Assembly (NCBI GenBank): GCA_047651235.1
Contig: CP178758.1
Coordinates: forward strand, 390,001 to 422,000
Direction of reading: 5' to 3'
Source: Candidatus Electrothrix yaqonensis
GTDB lineage: Bacteria; Desulfobacterota; Desulfobulbia; Desulfobulbales; Desulfobulbaceae
Length of the DNA stretch: 32,000 nucleotides
The notes beneath the pieces are model-generated. The model ran no database searches. It was given only the letters and a program-made list of their open reading frames with translations, and had not been told where the DNA came from. Shown piece after piece: positions 1 through 7,297 of this stretch; the first letter of the stretch is position 1; each line of letters begins with the position of its first letter. The translations under genes were made by a program, and so were the position numbers.

Positions 1-329
1 ACGTTTTCCAGCACGGTCATATTGGGGAAGAGCCGGATATTCTGAAAGGTGCGGGCAAGGCCCTGGGCCGTCACCTTGTTCGGTTTGAGGCCGTTCAGCC
101 GCTTGGGCGCGCGGCCCGGCGGCTGAACCCGGATCGTGCCGGAGGTGGGTTTGTAAATCCCGGTCAGGCAGTTGAAAAAGGTGGTCTTGCCTGCCCCGTT
201 CGGACCGATCAGGGCGGCAATCTCTCCCTGCGTGATCCGGATATCCAGTTTATCTAAGGCCCTGATGCCGCCGAACTGCATGGTCAGGCCGCTGACCTCA
301 AGGATAGAATTATTGCTTTGCTCGGTCAT
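1..329 (-). CDS. livG: Branched-chain amino acid ABC transporter ATP-binding protein (LivG-like), N-terminal part; the 3' end lies beyond the window start
   Basis: Absent from the ORF track because it runs off the edge. Reverse-strand translation from ATG (329-327) reads MTEQSNNSILEVSGLTMQFGGIRALDKLDIRITQGEIAALIGPNGAGKTTFFNCLTGIYKPTSGTIRV...GLARTFQNIRLFPNMTVLEN. It has Walker A GPNGAGKTT and the LivG-typical FGG..AL and ARTFQNIRLF segments. Confidence 0.85.
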   Translation of the reverse strand, partial: MTEQSNNSILEVSGLTMQFGGIRALDKLDIRITQGEIAALIGPNGAGKTTFFNCLTGIYKPTSGTIRVQPPGRAPKRLNGLKPNKVTAQGLARTFQNIRLFPNMTVLEN

Positions 330-926
330 TTTCAGCTGAATGTTCTTGTAGCAGGCTTGGAGGGAATTGTGACAAAGGCCCGTTGCCCGGTTTGCTGCTT
401 CCGCATGACTTACATATTAAAGCATTATACAATAATCGAAACGCAAAAAACTTTATAGGAGGTTCTGAATGCTGCTTTTTTGCTGAACACAATCAAAGAT
501 CATCGGTGCAGGCAGAGACAGCGTGCGCATATTTGACTGTACTGAGCGGTTCGAATTCTTATCGTAAAATTCACTTGTTCATTGAAGCACATTAAACTCA
601 GTTTCAGATAAAAAATGACGTGGGAGCAGGAGAAGGCCGTTTCAATCTGAAAAAAAACTTGCCCGCACGCAAAGATCGGTGTATATCTGAAGAAATAATG
701 TTGTGTAGTCACTTTTATGCAGTTTATGGATACAGAAAAAATACCGCATAATCCTCAACCAAGGTAAGAGGCGTGCGGTTTTTTTGTGCGAACAACAGCG
801 GTGACTGCCGCCGGTGATTGCCTTTTCCTGCTGCAGGAAAAAGGAAAAAGCAGCCTGCCGGAGTCTGAATGATTTAAGCGGTTCTGCAGACAGATCTGAA
901 TCGCGAACAGTAAGGAGTACCAGGAA

Positions 927-1127
927 ATGGCAGAAGGCACAGTAAAATGGTTTAACGATGCCAAGGGTTATGGATTTATCGAGCAGGACGGCGGGCCTGA
1001 TGTTTTTGTACATCATTCCGCAATTCAGGCTGAAGGCTTCAAGTCACTGAAGGAAGGCTCGCGGGTTACCTTTGAGGTAGTGAACGGTCCCAAAGGTCTG
1101 GCTGCGGAGAACGTTGTTCAGCAGTAA
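927..1127 (+). CDS. cspA: Cold-shock protein, CspA family
   Basis: 66-aa [36 protein letters not shown]... with the KGYGFI (RNP1) and VFVHHS (RNP2) motifs. AAGGAG lies 9 nt upstream of the ATG. A long structured leader precedes it and a hairpin terminator follows. Confidence 0.95.
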   Translation: MAEGTVKWFNDAKGYGFIEQDGGPDVFVHHSAIQAEGFKSLKEGSRVTFEVVNGPKGLAAENVVQQ

Positions 1128-1160
1128 ATAAAGTAAGCGCTGATGCAAAGCAGCTGCAGA

Positions 1161-1190
1161 AACCCCGTATTCAGTGCGGGGTTTTTTATT
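1161..1190 (+). terminator. Intrinsic terminator after cspA
   Basis: AACCCCG (1161-1167) pairs with CGGGGTT (1177-1183) around a 9-nt loop and is followed directly by a T-run (TTTTTTATTTTT). Confidence 0.7.
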
Positions 1191-1224
1191 TTTGAGATAT
1201 TGTCGGGAAAGACAGGAGGAATTT

Positions 1225-1380
1225 GTGGCCAGAACAAATTATTCATTTGAAAAGCGTCGGAAAGAATTAACCAAGAAAAAAAAGAAAGAAGAAAAGCAAC
1301 AGCGTAAGCTGGAGAAGAAGAAACTGCTTGAGGAACAGGCCAACTCTGTTCCTGTTCAGGCAGATAGAGTGGATGAATAA
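1225..1380 (+). CDS. Small lysine-rich basic protein (51 aa), function unknown
   Basis: GTG at 1225 lies 4 nt after AGGAGGA (1214-1220). Translation: VARTNYSFEKRRKELTKKKKKEEKQQRKLEKKKLLEEQANSVPVQADRVDE. The track ORF 1174-1380 shares this frame, but its ATG sits inside the cspA terminator. Coding status is not proven. Confidence 0.4.
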   Translation: MARTNYSFEKRRKELTKKKKKEEKQQRKLEKKKLLEEQANSVPVQADRVDE

Positions 1381-1509
1381 CGTTTCCGGGCCATAAGTTC
1401 GGGCCTGACAAAGCGGAAGAAGTCCGGTCGATTCAGTTTTCCTCCCCCTTTTTCCGCCCCTTCCTGCAGTTTTATTAAGAAGTGCTAAAAAAAATTCGAG
1501 AGAAGTAAC

Positions 1510-3144
1510 GTGATCAGTACGACCAATATCGGGCTCTCTTATGGCAAGAGGGTTATCTTTAAAGATGTCAATATCAAGTTCACACCGGGTAACTGCTACG
1601 GCCTTATCGGGGCAAACGGTGCCGGTAAGTCTACCTTCCTGAATATTCTTTCCGGGCAGATTGATCCGGATCAGGGAAAAGTTTCCAAGGCACCGGGCCA
1701 GCGTATCGCTTTCCTGAACCAGGATCAGTTCGCCTTTGATGACTATTCTGTTGTCGATACAGTTATAATGGGGCATAAAAAACTCTATACGGTTATGGCC
1801 GAGCGCGAGGCCATTTATGCCAAGGCTGATTTTACGGAAGAGGACGGGATACGTTCCGGTGAACTTGAGGTGCTGTTCGGGGAAATGAACGGCTACGAGG
1901 CGGAGGCAGAGGCGGCAGTCCTGTTGAATGGCCTCGGTATCGGGGAAGACCTGCGACTGAAGAAGATGAAGGAGCTGGAGGGCAGCGAAAAGGTGCGGGT
2001 CCTGCTGGCCCAGGCCCTGTTCGGCAACCCCGATATCCTGCTCCTTGACGAGCCGACCAACCAGCTGGATATTACCACCATTACCTGGCTGGAAAATTTT
2101 CTCTCCCGTTTTCAGAACACCGTGATCATTGTTTCTCATGACCGGCATTTTCTCAATCAGGTCTGCACCCATATGGCGGATATCGATTACGGCAGGATTA
2201 AGGTCTATGTGGGGAACTATGATTTCTGGCAGCAGGCCAGTCAGCTCCATTTCCGTCAGAAGGAGAGCGAGAGCAAAAAGGCCAAAGCCAAAGAGCAGGA
2301 ACTCAAGGCATTTATCCAGCGGTTCAGCTCCAATGCCTCCAAGGCCAAGCAAGCAACCTCGCGCAAAAAGCTGCTGGAGAAACTCACTATCGAGGATATG
2401 CCGGTTTCTTCACGCAAGTATCCCTATATCGAGTTTAAACCGGAGCGTCCCTGCGGCGATATAATTCTGGAAATCGAAGGGTTGAGCAAGAAAGTTGACG
2501 GTGTGCCCATGTTTCAGGATTTTAATCTTACTGTAAACAAGGGAGATAAAATCGCCTTTGTCGGGCCGGACAGCTTGGCGAAAACCACCTTGTTTCAAAT
2601 CCTGGCCGGTGAACTGGAGCCGGACAGCGGCTCTTTCCGTTGGGGCGTAACGATTACCCATTCCTATTTTCCCAAGGAGAATGGGGCCTATTTTAAAGAT
2701 GATGGGCCGGATCTGGTCGGTTGGCTGCGGCAGTTCGCCTCGCCGAAGGAGGATGAAAGCTTTGTCCGGGGATTTCTCGGCAGGATGCTGTTCTCCGGCG
2801 AAGAGGCCATGAAGAAGACCTCTGTTCTCTCCGGTGGAGAGCGGGTGCGTTGTATGCTTTCCCGCATGATGCTTTCCGGAGCCAATGCCCTGCTTCTTGA
2901 CGAACCAACCAACCATCTTGATCTTGAATCTATCACCTCCCTGAATAATGCCCTGACGGATTTTTCAGAAGTTGTGCTTTTTGCTTCGCATGACCATCAG
3001 TTTGTTTCCACGGTGGCAAATAGAATTGTTGAAATATTTCCGGATCGTATTGTTGATGAGATCATGGATTTTGATGATTATCTGGCCATGCGGGACGCGG
3101 ACCAGGCTGTCGGTCCCGGGTATCTTGACCGGAAAGCAGCCTGA
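1510..3144 (+). CDS. ybiT: ABC-F family ATPase (YbiT-like), two tandem ABC domains
   Basis: 544 aa with a GTG start. Two Walker A sites (GANGAGKST, GPDSLAKTT), signature-like SGGERVR and two Walker B sites (LLLDEPTN). It is colinear with E. coli YbiT as I recall it (LIGANG.GKSTF..IL.G...P..G.V; VIMGH..L; VSHDRHFLN.VCTHMAD.DYG). Confidence 0.9.
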   Translation: MISTTNIGLSYGKRVIFKDVNIKFTPGNCYGLIGANGAGKSTFLNILSGQIDPDQGKVSKAPGQRIAFLNQDQFAFDDYSVVDTVIMGHKKLYTVMAEREAIYAKADFTEEDGIRSGELEVLFGEMNGYEAEAEAAVLLNGLGIGEDLRLKKMKELEGSEKVRVLLAQALFGNPDILLLDEPTNQLDITTITWLENFLSRFQNTVIIVSHDRHFLNQVCTHMADIDYGRIKVYVGNYDFWQQASQLHFRQKESESKKAKAKEQELKAFIQRFSSNASKAKQATSRKKLLEKLTIEDMPVSSRKYPYIEFKPERPCGDIILEIEGLSKKVDGVPMFQDFNLTVNKGDKIAFVGPDSLAKTTLFQILAGELEPDSGSFRWGVTITHSYFPKENGAYFKDDGPDLVGWLRQFASPKEDESFVRGFLGRMLFSGEEAMKKTSVLSGGERVRCMLSRMMLSGANALLLDEPTNHLDLESITSLNNALTDFSEVVLFASHDHQFVSTVANRIVEIFPDRIVDEIMDFDDYLAMRDADQAVGPGYLDRKAA

Positions 3145-3440
3145 GATGAGAAGGAGCTGTAGAGTGTATAAAAAAAACTGTTCAGGACGATGATTAAAAA
3201 ATTCCTTATAAAGGCCGGAAAAAATTCAAACGGTTTGCCGGAGGAGGCGGAAAAAAGAAGCAACCTGAGCAGCCCCCTGTCCGTTCCGAAGAGGAGCAGG
3301 CAGGCAAAAGAGAATCTGTCCCTGGCAGGCAGCAGGAACGGAGGCAGAAAGAACAGCAGAGCAATGCGGGGCAGGCAGCCCCGGCTCCCCGGAAACTGCA
3401 GCGGCAAAGAAAACCACGCTGGACGCCTGCCCAATTCCCC

Positions 3441-4706
3441 GTGGACCCGGTGGAGGGCAAGACCCGCTTTCATGATTTTTCCCTGCCCCTCGGAGTGATG
3501 CACGCCATTGCCGACCTTGATTTCAAATACTGCACCCCTATTCAGGAGAAGGCGCTGCCGGATGCACTGGCAGGAAAAGATATCATCGGCAGGGGCGGCA
3601 CAGGTACCGGGAAAAGCGCTGTGTTCCTGATTGCCGTATTTACCCGCCTGCTTACGGAGAATACGAAAAACAGGCAGCAGCGTCAGGATGGTCAGGAGGG
3701 AGAGAAAAAAACGAAGCGCAGACCGGGTTTTCCCTGCGCTCTGATCATTGCGCCGACCAGAGAGCTGGTCATGCAGATCGCCAAGGATGGCCAGGTGTTG
3801 GCAAAATATTCTCCCTTACGCATTCTTGCCGTCTACGGCGGCACGGATTATCAGAAGCAGGAGCGTGCGCTGACTGAACGGCCTGTTGATGTGCTGGTGG
3901 CCACGCCCGGACGGCTGCTGGATTATGCCTCCAAAAAAGTGATCAATCTGCAGCATGTCGGGATCATGGTGATTGATGAAGCCGACCGGATGTTGGATAT
4001 GGGCTTTATCCCGGATGTCCGGCGGATTATCTACAAAACCTCGCCCAAGGAAAAACGCCAGACCATGCTGTTTTCAGCCACTCTGACCGAGGACGTCAGG
4101 CACCTTGCCTCCCAGTGGTGCGTCAAACCTGTTTCCATTGAAAGCGAACCGGAGCAGGTGGCTGTGGACACGGTATGCCAGATTGTCTATACCATAACCA
4201 GCGATGAAAAGTACACAGTGCTCTACAATCTGATCACAGCACAGGAGCATGAACGGATTATGGTGTTCACCAATATGAAAAGTGAGGCGGCCCGCCTGAA
4301 TGACCGGTTGCGGCGCAACGGGATCAGTGCTATTCTGTTGACCGGCGATGTGCCGCAGAAAAAACGCATGACCCGTCTGGAAAACTTTCGGGCGGGCAAA
4401 GCCAAGGTGATGATCGCCACGGACGTGGCTGGACGGGGTATCCATATTGACGGCATCAGCCATGTGGTCAATTATACCCTGCCGTATGAACCGGAGGACT
4501 ATGTCCATCGGATCGGCAGGACAGGCAGGGCAGGGGAGAGCGGTATCTCCATCAGCTTTGCCTGCGAGGAAGGTGCCTTTCAGCTCCCGGATATTGAAGA
4601 GTATATCGGGAAACAGTTACCCTGTGTCGTCCCGGAAGAAGAGCTGCTGGTCAAACCGCCTAAGGGAAAGAGCGGAAAAGGCAGAACAGACCGGCAGAAG
4701 CAATAA
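3441..4706 (+). CDS. rhlB: DEAD-box ATP-dependent RNA helicase (RhlB-like); the true N-terminus probably lies upstream (see findings)
   Basis: Motifs present: Q-motif TPIQ, motif I GGTGTGKS, PTRELV, DEAD (VIDEADRM), SAT, LLTGDVPQKKR and HRIGRTGRAG. The C-terminal ...SISFACEEGAFQLPDIEEYIG resembles E. coli RhlB. The GTG at 3441 is only the first canonical start in this frame. Confidence 0.9.
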   Translation: MDPVEGKTRFHDFSLPLGVMHAIADLDFKYCTPIQEKALPDALAGKDIIGRGGTGTGKSAVFLIAVFTRLLTENTKNRQQRQDGQEGEKKTKRRPGFPCALIIAPTRELVMQIAKDGQVLAKYSPLRILAVYGGTDYQKQERALTERPVDVLVATPGRLLDYASKKVINLQHVGIMVIDEADRMLDMGFIPDVRRIIYKTSPKEKRQTMLFSATLTEDVRHLASQWCVKPVSIESEPEQVAVDTVCQIVYTITSDEKYTVLYNLITAQEHERIMVFTNMKSEAARLNDRLRRNGISAILLTGDVPQKKRMTRLENFRAGKAKVMIATDVAGRGIHIDGISHVVNYTLPYEPEDYVHRIGRTGRAGESGISISFACEEGAFQLPDIEEYIGKQLPCVVPEEELLVKPPKGKSGKGRTDRQKQ

Positions 4707-4732
4707 CCTTTACTCGGAGAAGGAGAAGAACA

Positions 4733-4912
4733 ATGAGGTCAATGAAAAAACTTATTTGTGTTGTACTGCTGGGCGGAGCTGCTTTGCTGCTGTCAGGCTG
4801 CCCGGCCAAGGTCGGCAGCGAACGCTGGTGTCAGAATATGCGGGACAAACCAAAGGCGGACTGGTCAGCCAGTGAAGCGGTTGATTTTGCCAAACACTGC
4901 GTCATAAACTGA
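4733..4912 (+). CDS. Small lipoprotein, DUF3012-like
   Basis: 59-aa ORF, just below the track cutoff: MRSMKKLICVVLLGGAALLLSGCPAKVGSERWCQNMRDKPKADWSASEAVDFAKHCVIN. It has lipobox LLSGC, GGAGAAGGAGAAG upstream, and a mature part matching my recollection of DUF3012 (GS..WC..M..KPK.DW...EA.DFAKHC). Confidence 0.7.
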   Translation: MRSMKKLICVVLLGGAALLLSGCPAKVGSERWCQNMRDKPKADWSASEAVDFAKHCVIN

Positions 4913-4922
4913 GGAGGGACAG

Positions 4923-5174
4923 ATGGACCTCACATCTCTGCTGATTTTTCTCGGTATCGGTGCGCTGGCCGGATGGCTGGCAGGTAACATTATGAAAGGA
5001 GGCGGTTCCGGTCTGGTGGTCAATATGATCGTCGGGATCATCGGGTCCGTGGTCGGCGGCTGGGCCTTCGGGCAGCTCGGCATCAGAGTGAGCAACGGGT
5101 TGATCGGCTCTCTTGTCACTGCTGTGGTCGGGGCGGTACTTCTCCTTTTTGTTGTTGGGTTGGTGAAGAAATAA
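4923..5174 (+). CDS. GlsB/YeaQ/YmgE family (transglycosylase-associated) small membrane protein
   Basis: 83 aa, Gly-rich with three TM segments: LIFLGIGALAGWLAGNIMKGGGSGLVVNMIVGIIGSVVGGWAFGQLG... GAGGAGGG RBS upstream. Confidence 0.9.
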   Translation: MDLTSLLIFLGIGALAGWLAGNIMKGGGSGLVVNMIVGIIGSVVGGWAFGQLGIRVSNGLIGSLVTAVVGAVLLLFVVGLVKK

Positions 5175-5200
5175 AGGATACGGAAAGGCCGTTCCTGTCT

Positions 5201-5290
5201 GGTAGTCCTGCAACGAGTGATGATGGCTGATTCGGAGCCATTCGTTTTATTGCCCGAAAAGACCGTCATCACCATCTCAGCAGGACTACC
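5201..5290 (+). terminator. Long imperfect hairpin downstream of the YeaQ-family gene; possible terminator or RNA-stabilising element
   Basis: Outer stem GGTAGTCCTGC (5201-5211) pairs perfectly with GCAGGACTACC (5280-5290). Inner stem GTGATGATGG (5217-5226) pairs with CCGTCATCAC (5263-5272) with one G-U. AACTTTTTC follows. The 5' arm is copy 1 of a direct repeat (copy 2 at 5971-6026). Confidence 0.45.
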
Positions 5291-5525
5291 AACTTTTTCT
5301 GAAAAACAGACCATGACTGATCCGGGATCTGAAAATAGTAGGTCGCGGTCCGCGCTGCGGGGGGCTGTTAATTAAGGGGTGACAGTGGGGCTAAAGGAAT
5401 AAAATATTCGGTTTTTTCTACATCATTAAAGATAACTCCGCTGAAGGTTTGTATTTCGGTATTCTTTCCTGAAAAACGTTGTAATCCTGTTCTTATTTCT
5501 TTCAATTTTCCTTCAGGAAATTCGA

Positions 5526-5741
5526 CTATGTTAACTTATTCAAGTCTTTTTCTGTTCGATAATTTATACGGACCTTCCTGTTAAGGGGTAACCATTTGTA
5601 AATATGTATATATTTTTCTGTCAGTACTACTTTTGAGATACTTCGCCATTTATACTGACAGGGATTTTGTCTTGGAATGTTCGCAACCGATATTCCTTCT
5701 TTGCTTATTTTCAGCAGAACTGCCCCTCCATACATTCTCAT
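5526..5741 (-). CDS. Hypothetical 71-aa protein in an AT-rich islet, possibly a fragment of a decayed PH-like gene
   Basis: ORF only: MRMYGGAVLLKISKEGISVANIPRQ...KWRSISKVVLTEKYIHIY. A further open stretch without a start codon (5368-5523, EFPEGKLKEIRTGLQRFSGKNTEIQTFSGVIFNDVEKTEYFIPL...) continues in another frame. Confidence 0.3.
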   Translation of the reverse strand: MRMYGGAVLLKISKEGISVANIPRQNPCQYKWRSISKVVLTEKYIHIYKWLPLNRKVRINYRTEKDLNKLT

Positions 5742-5776
5742 TTGTTTTATTTGTCTTGGGATATCAATTAAACCAA

Positions 5777-6049
5777 TTAATCCAAGAATGAAGAAAGTAG
5801 GCCTAGAATAAGGAAAGGAGTTGCTTCTAAATCGATATAAGAAGCAGCGGCCCCTATTGAAAAAATGAAAATATAACCAAATATATTTTTTGTAAGGACT
5901 GCCAGCATTCCGGCACAGATAACAAATTCATCTTTAGTGCAGATTATTCTTGTTTTCATAAGTGCTTTCTTGTAGCAGTCCTGCGGTCGGGTGATGATGG
6001 TCGATTCAGATCCATTCGTTCTTACGTTTTTCTGGGATGATAGATTCAT
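5777..6049 (-). CDS. Hypothetical small membrane protein (alternative start at 5959 gives 60 aa)
   Basis: ORF with a hydrophobic C-terminal half: FVICAGMLAVLTKNIFGYIFIFSIGAAASYIDLEATPFLILGLLSSFL. AT-rich codon usage. The 5' part overlaps repeat copy 2. No family recognised. Confidence 0.35.
   Translation of the reverse strand: MNLSSQKNVRTNGSESTIITRPQDCYKKALMKTRIICTKDEFVICAGMLAVLTKNIFGYIFIFSIGAAASYIDLEATPFLILGLLSSFLD
5971..6026. repeat. Copy 2 of a ~55-bp imperfect direct repeat (copy 1 at 5202-5250)
   Basis: GTAGCAGTCCTGCGGTCGGGTGATGATGGTCGATTCAGATCCATTCGTTCTTA aligns with GTAG---TCCTGCAACGAGTGATGATGGCTGATTCGGAGCCATTCGTTTTA. The shared core is GTGATGATGG..GATTC.GA.CCATTCGTT. Confidence 0.65.
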
Positions 6050-6156
6050 TATCTATCATTTTCTTGACAAAAGAAACACCACTACCTACGCTATATTATA
6101 GTAGACTTGTCGAGAAAAAAAGCAAAAACGTTAAAGAAAAACAAGGAGGCTTCATC

Positions 6157-7155
6157 ATGGTGAAAAAATCGTATATAATCCAGCTCATCCTGCCCATGTG
6201 TATTGTTGCGTCAGCTGCATTTTCTGCCGCTGCCCAAGGCAGGAATGCAATCGTTGCCAGCGGAGAGGCAAGTGAAGAATCTGTTGAAGCCGCAATGCAT
6301 CTTCTGTCCGCGTCCGCCAACCTCTCCGGTGCTGCTGTTGATCTTGGGGCTGGCATCGCTATTGAGATCGGCAAACCTGTTGCTGATATCGTTCTGAGTA
6401 CTGCTGAAGTATCCGCAGACAGCGTGGTGTTTTCCGGTGAAGTTCTTGCCGACGGTGTTGTCACGACGGCTCAGTTAAGCAATGAGCTGGCCCATGCCGG
6501 AATCGCTCTTACCGTGGATGCTGTGCAGCTTGCCGCCCTGGCAACCGGGGCCGGGATTGCTATTTCGGCCGAGACTGCCGGGCTTTTTCTGCACCAGGCA
6601 GTGAATATTGCTGCAGCCAGTGGCAGATTGAGCGGCGAAGCTGCGGAGCTGGCCGTCGCACTTGCCGCAGTCGGCGTCGAACTGAGCGTGGACAGTGCCA
6701 AACTGGTGGCCGACGCTGCGGCAAAGGGGATAACAATAAGCCAAGAAGCGGCAAAGAATCTTATAGCCGCCTCCCTGAGTGTCGCTCATGAATGCATTAA
6801 CGCGGCTGTGATTACAGAACGTTACATTCTGATGACCCTTGAGGAAGCCAACAGACTCCTGCGCGAAACCTCTGCTGCCACCGTTGCTGCTGCCGTAAAA
6901 ACCGGCCAGCAGACCGTTGAGTTTACCACCGCAACAGCAAGCCATCTCAAACAGCTGGGGATTAATTCTGCCAAGTATGCAAAAGAACTTTCACAACGCG
7001 CCGCACAGGCCGGAGTCAACACTACGGTTATTGCCATTAACGGGGCAAATGACGCCACTGTCGTGGTGATCAATACCGGTTCCGGTCTTATTGTCGCTTC
7101 GCTTGACAAACTGACCGCAGCTGTTGAAAAGACCACCAAAAAAATTCAACCGTAA
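6157..7155 (+). CDS. Secreted alanine-rich repeat protein (332 aa), no family recognised
   Basis: The ATG at 6157 follows AAGGAGG (6143-6149). The track ORF begins at 6037, but that extension has no RBS. Signal peptide MVKKSYIIQLILPMCIVASAAFSAAAQG. The mature part is dominated by A/V/G/S/L/E, with a recurring x-G-[IV]-x-[IL]-[ST]-x-[DE]-[SA]-A motif at 18-residue spacing. Confidence 0.75.
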   Translation: MVKKSYIIQLILPMCIVASAAFSAAAQGRNAIVASGEASEESVEAAMHLLSASANLSGAAVDLGAGIAIEIGKPVADIVLSTAEVSADSVVFSGEVLADGVVTTAQLSNELAHAGIALTVDAVQLAALATGAGIAISAETAGLFLHQAVNIAAASGRLSGEAAELAVALAAVGVELSVDSAKLVADAAAKGITISQEAAKNLIAASLSVAHECINAAVITERYILMTLEEANRLLRETSAATVAAAVKTGQQTVEFTTATASHLKQLGINSAKYAKELSQRAAQAGVNTTVIAINGANDATVVVINTGSGLIVASLDKLTAAVEKTTKKIQP

Positions 7156-7297
7156 TTCCCTCTCAAAAAGCAAAAAGGTCCTTCTGCTGTGTACCAGCAG
7201 CTCCCTTAAGCAAGTAATGTAATAGGGGCAACAGGGTGATCTGCTCCGCCCGTCGGGACCAAGGGACGGAGCAGTACAGTACCGGAGAAAAATCACT

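Noticed and set aside
540-565. tRNA-like GGTTCGAAT T-loop motif
   Set aside because: The flanking bases do not form a T-stem. No acceptor or anticodon arms can be drawn, so it is a chance match.
1267-2352. 361-aa minus-strand ORF
   Set aside because: It lies fully antisense to the well-supported YbiT-like ABC-F gene. It has no RBS and no recognisable motifs, so it is a typical shadow ORF.
3190-3498. 102-aa plus-strand ORF as an independent gene
   Set aside because: Only its first ~10-20 codons look protein-like (MIKKFLIKAGK). The rest is the out-of-frame reading of the helicase N-terminal extension. I interpret it as the displaced start of the helicase, not a separate gene.
5214-5248. Protein-coding explanation for the 55-bp repeat (minus-strand TNGSES[A/T]IITR in both copies, with mostly third-position differences)
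   Set aside because: The nucleotide similarity continues past an indel (GCAGGACT shared in different frames). Copy 1 then runs antisense into the YeaQ-family gene. Four of six differences falling in one codon phase is not significant.
4865-5314. 149-aa minus-strand ORF
   Set aside because: It runs antisense through the YeaQ-family gene and the long hairpin. The P/T-rich translation is a shadow of the Gly-rich gene.
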